This document shows, piece by piece, positions 54,585-64,000 of a DNA stretch of 64,000 bases (positions are counted from its first letter, which is position 1; every line of letters starts with the position of its first letter). Source of the DNA: Roseibium sp. (lineage in GTDB: Bacteria; Pseudomonadota; Alphaproteobacteria; Rhizobiales; Stappiaceae); the NCBI RefSeq assembly GCF_965276855.1, contig NZ_OZ255700.1, forward strand, positions 2,912,971 to 2,976,970, read 5' to 3'. The notes below the pieces were generated by a model. That model worked only from the letters and a program-made list of their open reading frames with translations, had not been told where the DNA came from and made no database searches. The position numbers and the translations under genes were made by a program.

Positions 54585-55226
54585 TTAGACCGGCAGGGTT
54601 TCCTTGCCCTGTTTATGTACACGGTACCAGGCCCAGAACAGCCGTGCTGCGACGCCTCTGTTCGGTGCCCAATCCAAGGCAATCCGGTCCAGTGTTTTTA
54701 CGTCCGGCTTTTCACTGAGTTCGAACGCGTCGCGAACAGCGATTTGAAGGGCAAGATCTCCGCTTGGAAAAATGTCCGGGTGACCTGCGCAAAAGAGAAG
54801 AAATATGTCGGCCGTCCATCGCCCGATCCCCTTTATTTCGCACAATTGGGTGTGCGCGTGTTCGGCCGGGGCAGTCGCCAGACCGGCCAAATCGAGGCCG
54901 TTCTCACAGGCTGTTGTTACGGCGCGCAGGGTCCGGATTTTGGGTTTGGACAAGCCAGCCGCGGCCAGATCTTCATCGCCAAAGCTGGACAGATTCTCAG
55001 CGGTCAATGGCGTGACCAAGGTCTGCAAGCGGGCAAAGATTGCGCTCGCGCTGGCAACGGAGACCTGCTGGCCGGTGATGATATGCGCCAGTCCTTCAAA
55101 GTCAGCTGGCCGACGGCGCAGCGGCAGGAGCCCTGCCTTTTCTGAGATGCTCTGTAAGCGCGGATTTGCGGCAAGGAGCTCCGAAAGCCCCCGGTTCAAG
55201 TCATCTTCTGTGTGAATTGGCTTCAT
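54585..55226 (-). CDS. alkA: DNA-3-methyladenine glycosylase II (AlkA/HhH-GPD)
   Basis: QQVSVASA, GLSKPK, IKGIGRWTADIFLLF, D.FP.GDLAL, WAPNRGVAA..W. Confidence 0.9.
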   Translation of the reverse strand: MKPIHTEDDLNRGLSELLAANPRLQSISEKAGLLPLRRRPADFEGLAHIITGQQVSVASASAIFARLQTLVTPLTAENLSSFGDEDLAAAGLSKPKIRTLRAVTTACENGLDLAGLATAPAEHAHTQLCEIKGIGRWTADIFLLFCAGHPDIFPSGDLALQIAVRDAFELSEKPDVKTLDRIALDWAPNRGVAARLFWAWYRVHKQGKETLPV

Positions 55227-55329
55227 CGCGGGACTTCGACGGTCTCCATGCTTGCGCAAGGGCTTCGGAATGATAGGAACGGTTAGCCGTAAAAGACCCG
55301 CAGCTTCCAATCAACCGTTCTCAAGCTTC

Positions 55330-56214
55330 ATGACTGAGCCCGTCTTTCGTTTCGCGCCTTCTCCGAATGGACATCTGCATCTTGGCCATGCCTTGTCGGC
55401 CTTGCTCAATGCCCGGGCGGCTGTGGCGTTGCATGGCCGGTTCCTGGTGCGTGTCGAAGACATTGATCAGACCCGGTGCACGCCTGAGCTGGAACGGGAT
55501 CTGTTTGAGGATCTGGCATGGCTTGGTGTGCCGCTTGATGAGCCGGTGCTGCGTCAGTCGGTAGCCTTTCCGCACTACCGGTCGGCGCTGGAAAAGCTTC
55601 AGGACCTCGGGCTGGTCTATCCGGCCTACCTGACGCGGGCCGAGATCAAGCGCTTCGTCGCGGGTCACGAAGAAAAGGGCAGCCCTTGGCCACGGGATCC
55701 GGATGGCGCGCCGCTTTATCCCGGAGACGATGCGGTCCTTAGCGAAGAGGAAATACAAGAACGGTCTCAGAGCGATGCGCCCTTTGCGCTTCGACTTGAT
55801 ATGACGGCTGCCCTTGACCGAATCGGAGAACCACTCACCTGGCAGGAGTTTGGCGCGGAAGGCCCGGCTTTGTTTGATGCGGATGAATCCATCGCCGTTG
55901 ATGCCGCTGCCTGGGGCGATGTGGTTCTGGCCCGGAAAGACACGCCGACCAGCTATCACCTCTCCGTTGTCGTCGATGACGCGCGCCAGGGAATCACGGA
56001 TGTGCTGCGTGGACGGGATCTCTATGCAGCAACGAGCGTCCACCGCGTGCTTCAGCACCTGTTGGACCTGCCGGAGCCCCGATACCGCCACCACCGGCTG
56101 ATCCTTGGTAACGATGGCCGCAAGTTGTCCAAGTCAAACCAGGACACAAGCCTGCGATCCTTGCGGGACGCCGGCGTGACCCACGCGGATCTTCGCAAAC
56201 GTATTGGGCTCTAA
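55330..56214 (+). CDS. gluQ: Glutamyl-Q tRNA(Asp) synthetase
   Basis: FRFAPSPNGHLHLGH, VRVEDID..R, YHLSVVVDD..QGIT.V.RG.DL, KLSKS; lacks an anticodon-binding domain. Confidence 0.92.
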   Translation: MTEPVFRFAPSPNGHLHLGHALSALLNARAAVALHGRFLVRVEDIDQTRCTPELERDLFEDLAWLGVPLDEPVLRQSVAFPHYRSALEKLQDLGLVYPAYLTRAEIKRFVAGHEEKGSPWPRDPDGAPLYPGDDAVLSEEEIQERSQSDAPFALRLDMTAALDRIGEPLTWQEFGAEGPALFDADESIAVDAAAWGDVVLARKDTPTSYHLSVVVDDARQGITDVLRGRDLYAATSVHRVLQHLLDLPEPRYRHHRLILGNDGRKLSKSNQDTSLRSLRDAGVTHADLRKRIGL

Positions 56215-56230
56215 CGCTCTGCCCTTTTCA

Positions 56231-57196
56231 CTACATCCCGAGGACATATTCCAGGAACCAGATCCAGAGACTTGTCGTCAAAACGGCCAGCGCTGTGGTT
56301 ACGGTGATCGCGTTCGCTGACATGGCGTGACCGGTGCCGTATTTGTTTGCAAAAACATAGGCGTTGATCCCGGTCGGGCAGGCTGCAGTCAGGGTGGAAA
56401 CTGCCACCCACAGCGGCGGCAAGTTGAAGACGAAAAACCCCAGCGAGAATACAGCTGCCGGCATGATGACGATCTTGATGGCTGACAGGACCAGCCCGGG
56501 CAGTATGTTGCCGCGCATGCCATATTGAACAAGGCTCATACCCAGCGAAATCAGGGCGAGGGGCAATGCGGTTGCGCCGATCCGGTTCAGCAGGTCACTG
56601 GCCAAAGACGGCAGGTCAAACCCGGTCATGCGCCAGCAGAACGCGGCGATAATGGTGATCACCAGCGGATTGCGGATCAGGCTTTTCACGGCGCTTTTAA
56701 TCAAGGTCAGTACCGGTGGGCTTTCCCCGCCGCTGTCATGGGCGGCGGCCCGCTCCATCACGATCGCCATCAAAACGGTCATGAAGGCCAGATGGATGGA
56801 AACGATGAGCAGCAAGGGGATCAGGCCGTCATCCCCGTAAACCGCTGCGACCAGCGGCAGGCCGACCAGAATTGTATTTGCAAAGGCCGCCGAGATCGCT
56901 CCGATCGCACCGGCACGGGCATCGCGCCCGAAGCCTTTGCGAATGACGAGAGTTCCAAGTGTCCAGGCGCACGCGATCCCGAGAAAGTAACTCGCCCAAA
57001 GCGCCCATGGCAGTCCTGCCGACAGATCTGCTGTTACAAGCGTCCGGAAAATCAGGATCGGAATGGCGACCACATAGACAAATTCGCCGAGCGCTTCGCT
57101 TACCTTCATGCTGAGGATTTTGGTTCGGGCCAGACCGTATCCAAAACCGATCAGCAGAAAGACAGGGGCAACGATTGTGAGTGTTTGAACAAACAT
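56231..57196 (-). CDS. AEC family transporter
   Basis: 10 TM helices; FANT..VG.P, NPL, A.P.ALISLG, K...MP, A.PTG.NAYVFA. Confidence 0.9.
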   Translation of the reverse strand: MFVQTLTIVAPVFLLIGFGYGLARTKILSMKVSEALGEFVYVVAIPILIFRTLVTADLSAGLPWALWASYFLGIACAWTLGTLVIRKGFGRDARAGAIGAISAAFANTILVGLPLVAAVYGDDGLIPLLLIVSIHLAFMTVLMAIVMERAAAHDSGGESPPVLTLIKSAVKSLIRNPLVITIIAAFCWRMTGFDLPSLASDLLNRIGATALPLALISLGMSLVQYGMRGNILPGLVLSAIKIVIMPAAVFSLGFFVFNLPPLWVAVSTLTAACPTGINAYVFANKYGTGHAMSANAITVTTALAVLTTSLWIWFLEYVLGM

Positions 57197-57329
57197 GCCT
57201 TTGACGGGGCTTGAGCATGGCTGGTGGACACCGGCCAGCGGGGAAGGTAAGCAAGTCTGTCATACTGGTTCGCTGGAGATCGGGACGCAAGCCCCTGATG
57301 CCATCCGTTTTGAATTGGGGTCGCGCCGA

Positions 57330-58508
57330 ATGGCTGAATACGATGAGGACAGTGTCAATCTTGCGCTTCTGGCGCATGATTTGCGCACGCCCTTGGGCGC
57401 CATGCGGCTGACAGCAGAACTGATTGAAACAGGGCCTTTGAACGACGCCCAATCAGAGCAACTGTCCGTGCTCATGAGGGCCATCGACTCTCTCGAGCAG
57501 ATGACAACGGAATTGATTGCGGATGCAGCTCCCGGGAATGCGGGCGAAGATGCAGCCGTTTCAATATCATCCCTTGTTCACGATTGTGCAGATCTGTTCC
57601 GTGTGGCTGCCGAGAAAAAAGGCCTGAAACTCACGGTCCGGCTTCAGGACACGGCTGGCGCGTGCCAGACGGCTGCTGCGGGCCAACTCCGGCGCACTGT
57701 CTCCGCCTTGCTCGACAATGCAATCAAGTACACGGAGAGAGGCGGCATCAGTCTTGAGGTGATCTCTTGTCCGTTTCCTGAAAAGCAGCTTGGATCCTCC
57801 GAGCAGTCGAGTGCGAGTGCTGCAGACGCCTATTGGGTCAGTCTCTCAATTACTGATACAGGGCCCGGCATTGATCCAACGGAACGGGACGATCTGTTCC
57901 GTCCTTTTGTGAGAGGGCGCAGAGCTCAGGAAAAAACACCGGGCAGCGGTCTTGGCCTTTGGGGAATTGCCCAAACGGTTCGGCAAATGGGCGGCGTCTT
58001 GAACCACTCCTCCCCGGAGGCGGGCGGCAGCCGCTTCGAAGTGCAAATCCCTGTAGAGCCGGCCGCGCCCGGGATTAAAGGCGGTAAGACTGCTTCAAAG
58101 GCGGGCGCAGAAGACAATGAACTTCCTGACCATGTCCTGATCGTAGACGACAATGAAACCAATTGCCGCCTCTTGGCCGCCTTGTTGGAATCCTTTGGCG
58201 TGACCTCCGACATTGCTCATTCGGGCGAGGATGCGATTAGACTGGCTCTGGAAAAGGAATTCGGGGCCGTTCTCCTGGATCTTCATATGCCCGGCATGGG
58301 GGGTCTTGAAGTTGCCCAGGAGCTGCGCCGGATCCGACCGGCCGAGGAGTTGCCGCTCATAGCGGTTACTGCTGCTCTGGAAGCTTTTGGCGACAATTTG
58401 CTTCGAAAGGCTGGATTTATGGAGGGGTTGGGCAAGCCGCTGGCGCCGTCTGCTCTTTACGATGTCCTTGTAAGAGCGCAGCAACTCAAGAGTGTTCACT
58501 GGATCTAG
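57330..58508 (+). CDS. Hybrid histidine kinase/response regulator lacking an input domain
   Basis: LAHDLRTPL (H-box), LLDNAIKYT, DTGPGI, GSGLGL; receiver LIVDDN, LLDLHMP, KP. No TM or PAS domain upstream. Confidence 0.88.
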   Translation: MAEYDEDSVNLALLAHDLRTPLGAMRLTAELIETGPLNDAQSEQLSVLMRAIDSLEQMTTELIADAAPGNAGEDAAVSISSLVHDCADLFRVAAEKKGLKLTVRLQDTAGACQTAAAGQLRRTVSALLDNAIKYTERGGISLEVISCPFPEKQLGSSEQSSASAADAYWVSLSITDTGPGIDPTERDDLFRPFVRGRRAQEKTPGSGLGLWGIAQTVRQMGGVLNHSSPEAGGSRFEVQIPVEPAAPGIKGGKTASKAGAEDNELPDHVLIVDDNETNCRLLAALLESFGVTSDIAHSGEDAIRLALEKEFGAVLLDLHMPGMGGLEVAQELRRIRPAEELPLIAVTAALEAFGDNLLRKAGFMEGLGKPLAPSALYDVLVRAQQLKSVHWI

Positions 58509-58539
58509 TCAGTCGTCGAGACGGGCAGCGGGGTCGCAA

Positions 58540-59199
58540 TTAGGCTGTTGCGATCTCTATTGCCATTTCGAGCGCATCGGCGAGGCGATCATCGCCCCAG
58601 AACAGTTCGCCATTTTGAAGCACGAAACTGGGTGCACCGAAAATACCTTTTTCTTCCGCTTCGCCGACAGATGCGCGCAAAGCGTCCTTTACTTCTGGCG
58701 ATTTAGCAGCCTCGAGAACGTCCTTGGCAGGAGCGCCTGCCTCCAGGAGGAGGTGCGCCAAAAAGGCTTCATCGGAAATGTCCTCACCGCTGCCGAACTC
58801 GGCAACAAAAACGGCGCGCGTGAAGTCGCCGATCCAAGGCTGTGTCCGCCCTGCCTGAGCAATCCGCGCGGCCAGCAATCCGGCCTGAGGAAATGGATCC
58901 GGGATGGTCAATGGCAGGCCATAGCGGGCGCATTGGCGCTCCATATCCCGCCACATGTAACGGCCTTTGGCCGGATAGAGGTTGAACGGCGACGTGTCCC
59001 AGCCGCTTTTCTTGAAAATCGGGCCAAGCAGGAACGGTCTCCAAGACAAGCTGACACCGGCATCCCGCGCCTGTGTTTCAATCCGCATTGCGGACAAGTA
59101 GCTGTAAGTAGAGCCGAATTCGTACCAGAACTCGATCGATGGCTGCGTCGTTGCGTGTAGTTGGACGACGTTGGACTGGAGTTTTGGGTCAGTGGTCAT
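58540..59199 (-). CDS. DsbA/HCCA isomerase (GST-kappa) family protein
   Basis: IEFWYEFGSTYSYL, WRPFLLG, KGRYMWRD, GIFGAPSF, ELFWGDDRL. ATG at 59199. Confidence 0.92.
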   Translation of the reverse strand: MTTDPKLQSNVVQLHATTQPSIEFWYEFGSTYSYLSAMRIETQARDAGVSLSWRPFLLGPIFKKSGWDTSPFNLYPAKGRYMWRDMERQCARYGLPLTIPDPFPQAGLLAARIAQAGRTQPWIGDFTRAVFVAEFGSGEDISDEAFLAHLLLEAGAPAKDVLEAAKSPEVKDALRASVGEAEEKGIFGAPSFVLQNGELFWGDDRLADALEMAIEIATA

Positions 59200-59286
59200 G
59201 GAGCGATCGAGTTTTTCATGAAGCACGCCGGAGAAAACCGGCAGGAAAGGATTGGATGGGCAACAGGGATGCGCTAAACAGCGGCC

Positions 59287-60144
59287 ATGATCGACACGCG
59301 TTTGACAAAGCATATCCAGAACATTGCCACAAGCAAAGCTGTTGCCTGGTGCATCGCACATCCGTTCTTGGCCACCATCGCCTATGTCGCGCTGGTGTCT
59401 GCGTTTTTTCTGGCCTTTCCCCAAACCGATTTGTGGGTAAGCGGTCTTTTCTACAGTCAAACGGATGGCTTTTGGGCGCAACACAATCCGTTCCTGCAAA
59501 AAGTCCGGCACCTTGGACCGTATCTGGTTCAAACGATCGCCATCTGTTCGGTGGCCATTTTGGTGATCAAGTTGTTGCTGCCAGGCCGGCCTCCAATCTT
59601 GCCGCTTCGAAAGCCGGTGTTTCTCATCTCCACATTGATCCTGGGACCGGGGATCTTGGTGAACTCGATCCTGAAGGATAACTGGGGCCGCCCACGGCCG
59701 CGCTCGATTGAAGAGTTTGGCGGGGAGTTGCCGTTTCAACCAGTCTGGAAAATGACTGATTATTGCGAACGGAATTGCTCGTTTACGTCCGGCGAAGGGG
59801 CTGCAGGTATCTGGCTTGTGACGATGGCGTTTCTGGTTCCAGCTTCTTGGCGGAAGGCGGTTCTTGCGTTTGTGCTGCCGCTGTGTCTGATCCTGTCAAT
59901 CAATCGGGTTGCCTTTGGCGGGCATTTCTTCTCCGACACCATGTTGTCTTGGGGGCTGACGTTCCTTGTAATCCTGAGCGTCTATTGGCTGCTTTATTTG
60001 AAAAAACCGCCCCTCATGACGGATCAGGGGCTGGACGAATGGTTCACGCGAAACGGCCGGCGGCTGCATCGTTTGGCAAAACGGCTTCTTGTCCGGCTGC
60101 GGCAAGCCCTTCGCGGTTCCGGGAGCGCACAGTCAGAGAACTAA
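59287..60144 (+). CDS. PAP2 family phosphatase (lipid A phosphatase-like)
   Basis: KDNWGRPRP, C..NCSFTSGE, NRVAFGGHFFSD; multiple TM helices. Confidence 0.88.
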   Translation: MIDTRLTKHIQNIATSKAVAWCIAHPFLATIAYVALVSAFFLAFPQTDLWVSGLFYSQTDGFWAQHNPFLQKVRHLGPYLVQTIAICSVAILVIKLLLPGRPPILPLRKPVFLISTLILGPGILVNSILKDNWGRPRPRSIEEFGGELPFQPVWKMTDYCERNCSFTSGEGAAGIWLVTMAFLVPASWRKAVLAFVLPLCLILSINRVAFGGHFFSDTMLSWGLTFLVILSVYWLLYLKKPPLMTDQGLDEWFTRNGRRLHRLAKRLLVRLRQALRGSGSAQSEN

Positions 60145-60157
60145 AGAACCTAACGGG

Positions 60158-60418
60158 TCACTTTTTTCTCGGCCGTGTGCGTTTGAGGATCCGGGCAAAT
60201 CGTAATGGCGACCGGTCCTCCACCCAGGTGATCATGTCATTCAGTTGCGGTGCTGACTTGCGGCGTTTGCGCAAGTGGCGGGCGGCGCTCCGGCTTGTGC
60301 CGATGATGACCACACTGCCGAGCGCTAAGAGCGGCACGCCAGTCGGGATCGGCAACCATACGGTCGCCAGGCCGAGCAGGATGAGAACAGCGGCCAACGA
60401 CCACCACAGGATTTTCAT
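60158..60418 (-). CDS. Small membrane protein (PGPGW-like)
   Basis: LGL...WLPIPTG.PLL.LG hairpin followed by a basic tail. Confidence 0.65.
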   Translation of the reverse strand: MKILWWSLAAVLILLGLATVWLPIPTGVPLLALGSVVIIGTSRSAARHLRKRRKSAPQLNDMITWVEDRSPLRFARILKRTRPRKK

Positions 60419-60498
60419 TTCAGCGCCAGAAATTGAAACGATCAACTTCTGATTAGCGCAGCGACTGAGACGGATTTATGAACCTCTTGGTTCGAACG

Positions 60499-60954
60499 TC
60501 ACAAATGCGCCTTCAAAGCGGTCAGCAAGGATCGGCTGCCACCATCAATCATTTGGTAGACCCGTTCGAAACCATCATCGCCGCCATAATAAGGATCCGG
60601 CACATCGGTTGGTGGTGAGTTCAGGAACAGACGCAGGCCGGGATGGTCTTTCTTGGTGCGTGATTTCAATGTGCTCAGGTTGTTTGAGTCCATCGCCAAG
60701 ATGAAATCAAACTGCGTGAAATCGCGATCGGTCACCTGACGGGCCCGTTGTGCGGTCAAGTCAATTCCGTGCCGTGCGGCGATCTCAATCGATCGGGGAT
60801 CTGGCGGGTCTCCTGCGTGCCAAGCGCCCGTTCCGGCTGAATCGATTAAGAAGCGATCGCTCAATCCGGCATTTCCCACTGTGGCGCGAAAAACCCCTTC
60901 GGCGAGCGGTGAACGGCAGATGTTGCCAAGGCAGACGAAAAGTACTGAAGTCAT
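60499..60954 (-). CDS. Low molecular weight protein-tyrosine phosphatase
   Basis: VCLGNICRSPLAEG, DSAGTG.WH, DVPDPYYG. Confidence 0.95.
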   Translation of the reverse strand: MTSVLFVCLGNICRSPLAEGVFRATVGNAGLSDRFLIDSAGTGAWHAGDPPDPRSIEIAARHGIDLTAQRARQVTDRDFTQFDFILAMDSNNLSTLKSRTKKDHPGLRLFLNSPPTDVPDPYYGGDDGFERVYQMIDGGSRSLLTALKAHL

Positions 60955-61102
60955 AAGCCTATCAACCGGGCACTGACGCTGCTGTCAAGCGGATCGGCTG
61001 CGGTCCTGACATTTGCTGTCGGAAACACGTTTTGAAGAACATCCCTCAGAGTACAGGGTGGCGTTTTTTGTGCCACCGGCACAAAGATCGATAAGGGACA
61101 AA

Positions 61103-62377
61103 ATGAAGGCGTCGGTTTTGCCGGTGATTGAAAGACTACGCAAGGTCAGGTGGCCCGTTTGGCTTAAGGGGCTGGCGTCTGCTGGCATCACGTCAACGGA
61201 TCCCTATGTCCGGCGCCGGCAGATGGTCGTGAACGTTTCGGCGCTGGTTGGCATTGCCGACAACGTGTTTCATACGATCCAGAACCTGACCTATGCATTT
61301 CATGAACTGATGCCGCTCAGCATTTATGGGATCATCATGATCTGCCTGTTTGCCGCGACTTCGCGATTGCATCGCTTTGGCGACAACGTTGCGGCGATCT
61401 ATTTCGTAGTGGTGATCGCGGCCGGAAACACGTTCGTCGTTTGGTCGCTGGGTTTGGAAAGCGGGACGCAGGCCTATTTTGCCTTGGGCGGAGCAGCGTT
61501 CATCTTCTTCGGAGTGGGCCACTGGCGCCTTTTTGCGGGCTGTTTCTGTCTTGCCCTGGCTCTTCTGGTCTCCGCGTATGTCTTTGCGCCGAACGTTGGG
61601 CCTGTAATGCCTCACGACCTTGCCTTTCGAAAGCAATTGGCAGCGCAGGTCATGGTCAATGTTCTGATCATCTCCAGCGTTTTGATTGTGTATGCTTTGA
61701 CGGCGTTGCATCGCGCTGAGGCTGCCTTGGCAGCCGAACACGAGCGAGCTGAAACCTTGATCGAAACCATCATGCCCCGGCCAATCGCAGATCGGCTAAA
61801 AAAGGCGCCAGAAACACGAATTGCTGACCGGCATGAAGCTGTGACAGTGCTCTTTGCGGATCTCGTTGGGTTCACTCCGGCAGCGCGGAACCTTCAACCG
61901 GATGAGGTGGTCGGGTTTCTTGATGGCCTGTTTCGGGATTTCGATCATCTGGTCGAAGAGTTTGGCGTTGAAAAAATTAAAACGATCGGGGATGCGTACA
62001 TGGTGGTTGGAGGGCTGCAGAGACCGCCCCACGAGGCTGCAGTCGCGGTCGGTCATCTGGCGCTCAAGATGATGAGTGTGATCCAGTCCAGTGAACCGCT
62101 CAGCGGCGTGCATTTGAACTTGCGGATTGGTATTCATACCGGTCCAGCCATTGCCGGTGTGATCGGAAAGCGGCGGTTTTCCTACGATGTCTGGGGAGAT
62201 GCCGTGAACGTCGCGAGCCGCATGGAATCGCATTCTGTGGCTGGTGAGATCCAGGTGACAGACGCATTTCGTAGTATGGCCAAGACTAATTTCGACTTTC
62301 AAGAGCGAGGCGCTGTTGAAATCAAGGGTGTCGGCAAGATGCAGACAGCCTTTCTAAAGGGAGTGAAGCATGGTTGA
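61103..62377 (+). CDS. Membrane-bound class III adenylate cyclase
   Basis: 6-TM N-terminus; [42 protein letters not shown] (K/D purine specificity indicates ATP). Confidence 0.93.
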   Translation: MKASVLPVIERLRKVRWPVWLKGLASAGITSTDPYVRRRQMVVNVSALVGIADNVFHTIQNLTYAFHELMPLSIYGIIMICLFAATSRLHRFGDNVAAIYFVVVIAAGNTFVVWSLGLESGTQAYFALGGAAFIFFGVGHWRLFAGCFCLALALLVSAYVFAPNVGPVMPHDLAFRKQLAAQVMVNVLIISSVLIVYALTALHRAEAALAAEHERAETLIETIMPRPIADRLKKAPETRIADRHEAVTVLFADLVGFTPAARNLQPDEVVGFLDGLFRDFDHLVEEFGVEKIKTIGDAYMVVGGLQRPPHEAAVAVGHLALKMMSVIQSSEPLSGVHLNLRIGIHTGPAIAGVIGKRRFSYDVWGDAVNVASRMESHSVAGEIQVTDAFRSMAKTNFDFQERGAVEIKGVGKMQTAFLKGVKHG

Positions 62378-62663
62378 AAAACTGACGCCGGAGGAGCGCA
62401 CTGCTGGTTTGGAGAGCCTGGCGAATTGGCAACTCGTCAGTGGCCGGGATGCAATCACCGCGACTTTCAAATTCGGTGATTTTTTGGAAGCTTTTGGGTT
62501 CATGACCCAGGTTGCCCTAGCCGCAGAGAAGATGAACCACCATCCAGAGTGGGCGAACGTTTACAGCACCGTCGATATCACTTTGGCGACACATGACGTT
62601 GGTGGGCTAAGTGAGTTGGATCTGAAGCTCGCCAGGAAGATTGATCGGATTGCAGGAAAATAA
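62370..62663 (+). CDS. phhB: Pterin-4-alpha-carbinolamine dehydratase
   Basis: [39 protein letters not shown]. Confidence 0.95.
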   Translation: MVEKLTPEERTAGLESLANWQLVSGRDAITATFKFGDFLEAFGFMTQVALAAEKMNHHPEWANVYSTVDITLATHDVGGLSELDLKLARKIDRIAGK

Positions 62664-62754
62664 TCGCGCCGTGACGAATGTTCCGGAGTTCGGGTGCAGC
62701 CGAAGTGCCTGCTACGAACTCAGAGATTCGTTACTGTTCATCCAGTAAAACGGC

Positions 62755-62979
62755 TCAGCCTTTCCGGATCACGAAGCTGTGCCCCGTTTCGGTCTTTTCC
62801 TTGTTTACCAGTGTATGGCCCTGTTCCTGACAGAAGTGCGGGATGTCAATCTCTGCCATTGGATCCGTTGTTTGGACTGTGAGTTCCGCGCCAGTGTTCA
62901 GTCTTGAGAGTGCCTTTTTTGTTTTAAGAACCGGAAGCGGGCATTTCAGGCCCATCAAATCCAGGGTGTTTTCGGTCAC
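62755..62979 (-). CDS. tusA: TusA family sulfurtransferase
   Basis: LDLMGLKCPLPVLKTKKAL, TTDP.A.IDIPHFC. GTG start at 62979 with GGAG RBS. Confidence 0.9.
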   Translation of the reverse strand: MTENTLDLMGLKCPLPVLKTKKALSRLNTGAELTVQTTDPMAEIDIPHFCQEQGHTLVNKEKTETGHSFVIRKG

Positions 62980-63076
62980 GCGCAGAACTCCATTCACAGC
63001 ATCTTGCTTTCCTTGCATATATATCCTGGAAACAGGCGCCGAGAATACCCTGGTGGTGCCGTGAAAAGAGGATCCT

Positions 63077-63631
63077 TTGATGAGCGACGGTCTGGTAAGT
63101 CCGATAGACGTCCTGGACTTTTGGTGGGAAGCGGGCGCGGAGAAATGGTTTGCGCGCGATGACGGTTTTGATGCGCGTTGCCGGGACACGTTCCTTGCTA
63201 CGATCAAGGCGGCGCAACAGGGCGATCTGGATGAATGGGCTGAAACGCCGAGCGGCGCGCTGGCACTGATTCTTCTGCTGGACCAGTTCACCCGGAACGT
63301 CTTCCGGGGATCTGCGGAAGCATTTGCCGCTGATCCAAAAGCTGTTGCCATTGCAGAGGCGGCCGTCGCGCGCGGATATGACAAGGCCTTCCCGAAGCCG
63401 GTGCGGGTGTTCTTTTATCTGCCCTTTGAGCATGCTGAAGATATGCAGCTTCAGGAGCGTGCGGTGGATTTATGCCAGCCGCTTGGAAACATGGAGTTTT
63501 ATCACTACGCTTTGATCCACATGGATGTCATCCGCCGTTTCGGCCGGTTCCCGCACCGAAATGACGTTCTGGGCCGGACATCGACGGACGCCGAGATCGC
63601 TTTCTTAAAGGGGGGGGGATTTTCCGCCTGA
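63077..63631 (+). CDS. DUF924 family protein
   Basis: VLDFW, KWF..D, LALILLLDQFTRN.FR, FFYLPFEHAED, H..VI.RFGRFPHRN..LGR.ST..E. Confidence 0.92.
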   Translation: MMSDGLVSPIDVLDFWWEAGAEKWFARDDGFDARCRDTFLATIKAAQQGDLDEWAETPSGALALILLLDQFTRNVFRGSAEAFAADPKAVAIAEAAVARGYDKAFPKPVRVFFYLPFEHAEDMQLQERAVDLCQPLGNMEFYHYALIHMDVIRRFGRFPHRNDVLGRTSTDAEIAFLKGGGFSA

Positions 63632-64000
63632 CTCGGCTGCCTTCCAGGTTTTTCCGCGGCAGATCTTCGGGTCTGCCGTTTTTTTATGCTTGTGTGCGCC
63701 GCACAAAATAGTTGCCTATTTTTTCGACAAAAGTCAGGCATCTGTACAATTAATGTGCAATTCTATTGCCTGAAAAACCATCACCGTTCGGCTGGAGAGT
63801 CGGCTTCCTGCGGAGTGTTCGGCTCTGTAAACGCCGGAAAACAGCCGTTTCTCGAATCAAATCCTCAAGTTGGCACAGTCCTTGAAAAGGATGGGGCAAC
63901 ACCGGTTCGTGTGCCGATTGTCGGCGCCAGCAAGATCCAAGGCCCATCCAGAGGGGAACAACGGACAAACAGGCGGATCGGTTTCGGAGCTTCTTCGCCG

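Noticed and set aside
59781-59795. PAP2 motif 2 reads TSGE instead of PSGH
   Set aside because: As far as I recall, SGE is the normal variant in this alphaproteobacterial PAP2 subfamily; not evidence of inactivation.
63790-63890. GGAGAG-containing stem (glycine riboswitch?) and TGGCAC-N5-TTGA (sigma54 promoter?)
   Set aside because: Lacks the CCGAAG/CTCAGG glycine aptamer cores; the -12 element is TTGA rather than TTGC; the downstream gene is outside the window.
1-64000. Mobile elements, prophage, CRISPR-Cas, rRNA
   Set aside because: No integrase, transposase, phage structural gene, cas gene, repeat-spacer array or rRNA sequence recognised.

Overview
Chromosomal window from a high-GC alphaproteobacterium. 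Gene content and order suggest Roseibium/Labrenzia (Stappiaceae); this is an inference. It is mostly core or semi-core genes: an MgpS/SUV3-like helicase (runs off the left edge), pyc, an imelysin-DHOR-imelysin-DUF1513 iron cluster, asmA, a C-P lyase cluster (phnF / phnGHI-fosX-phnJKL-DUF1045-phnMN, no phnCDE or phnP here), CYTH-CHAD, tRNA-Leu(CAA), ppa, ybbP-ybbA-tesA, thpR, an MCP, gluQ, a hybrid kinase and an adenylate cyclase. Two accessory, more AT-rich parts stand out. (1) An orphan Tle1/DUF2235 lipase whose C-terminus resembles the LecA (PA-IL) lectin. (2) A tRNA-Leu-adjacent islet with a divergent RTX-like adhesin / serralysin-like protease pair that share an uncharacterised ~38-aa repeat; an orphan RTX C-terminal fragment lies between two terminators. 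Regulatory signals read from the DNA: Irr and RirA-type boxes at irpA, two Pho boxes and a palindromic PhnF operator in the phn cluster, nine GANTC sites plus LexA-like boxes between the helicase and pyc, and a candidate ~140-nt sRNA at 40.9 kb. No integrase, transposase or CRISPR array was seen. All family assignments come from motif recognition by eye; no searches were run.
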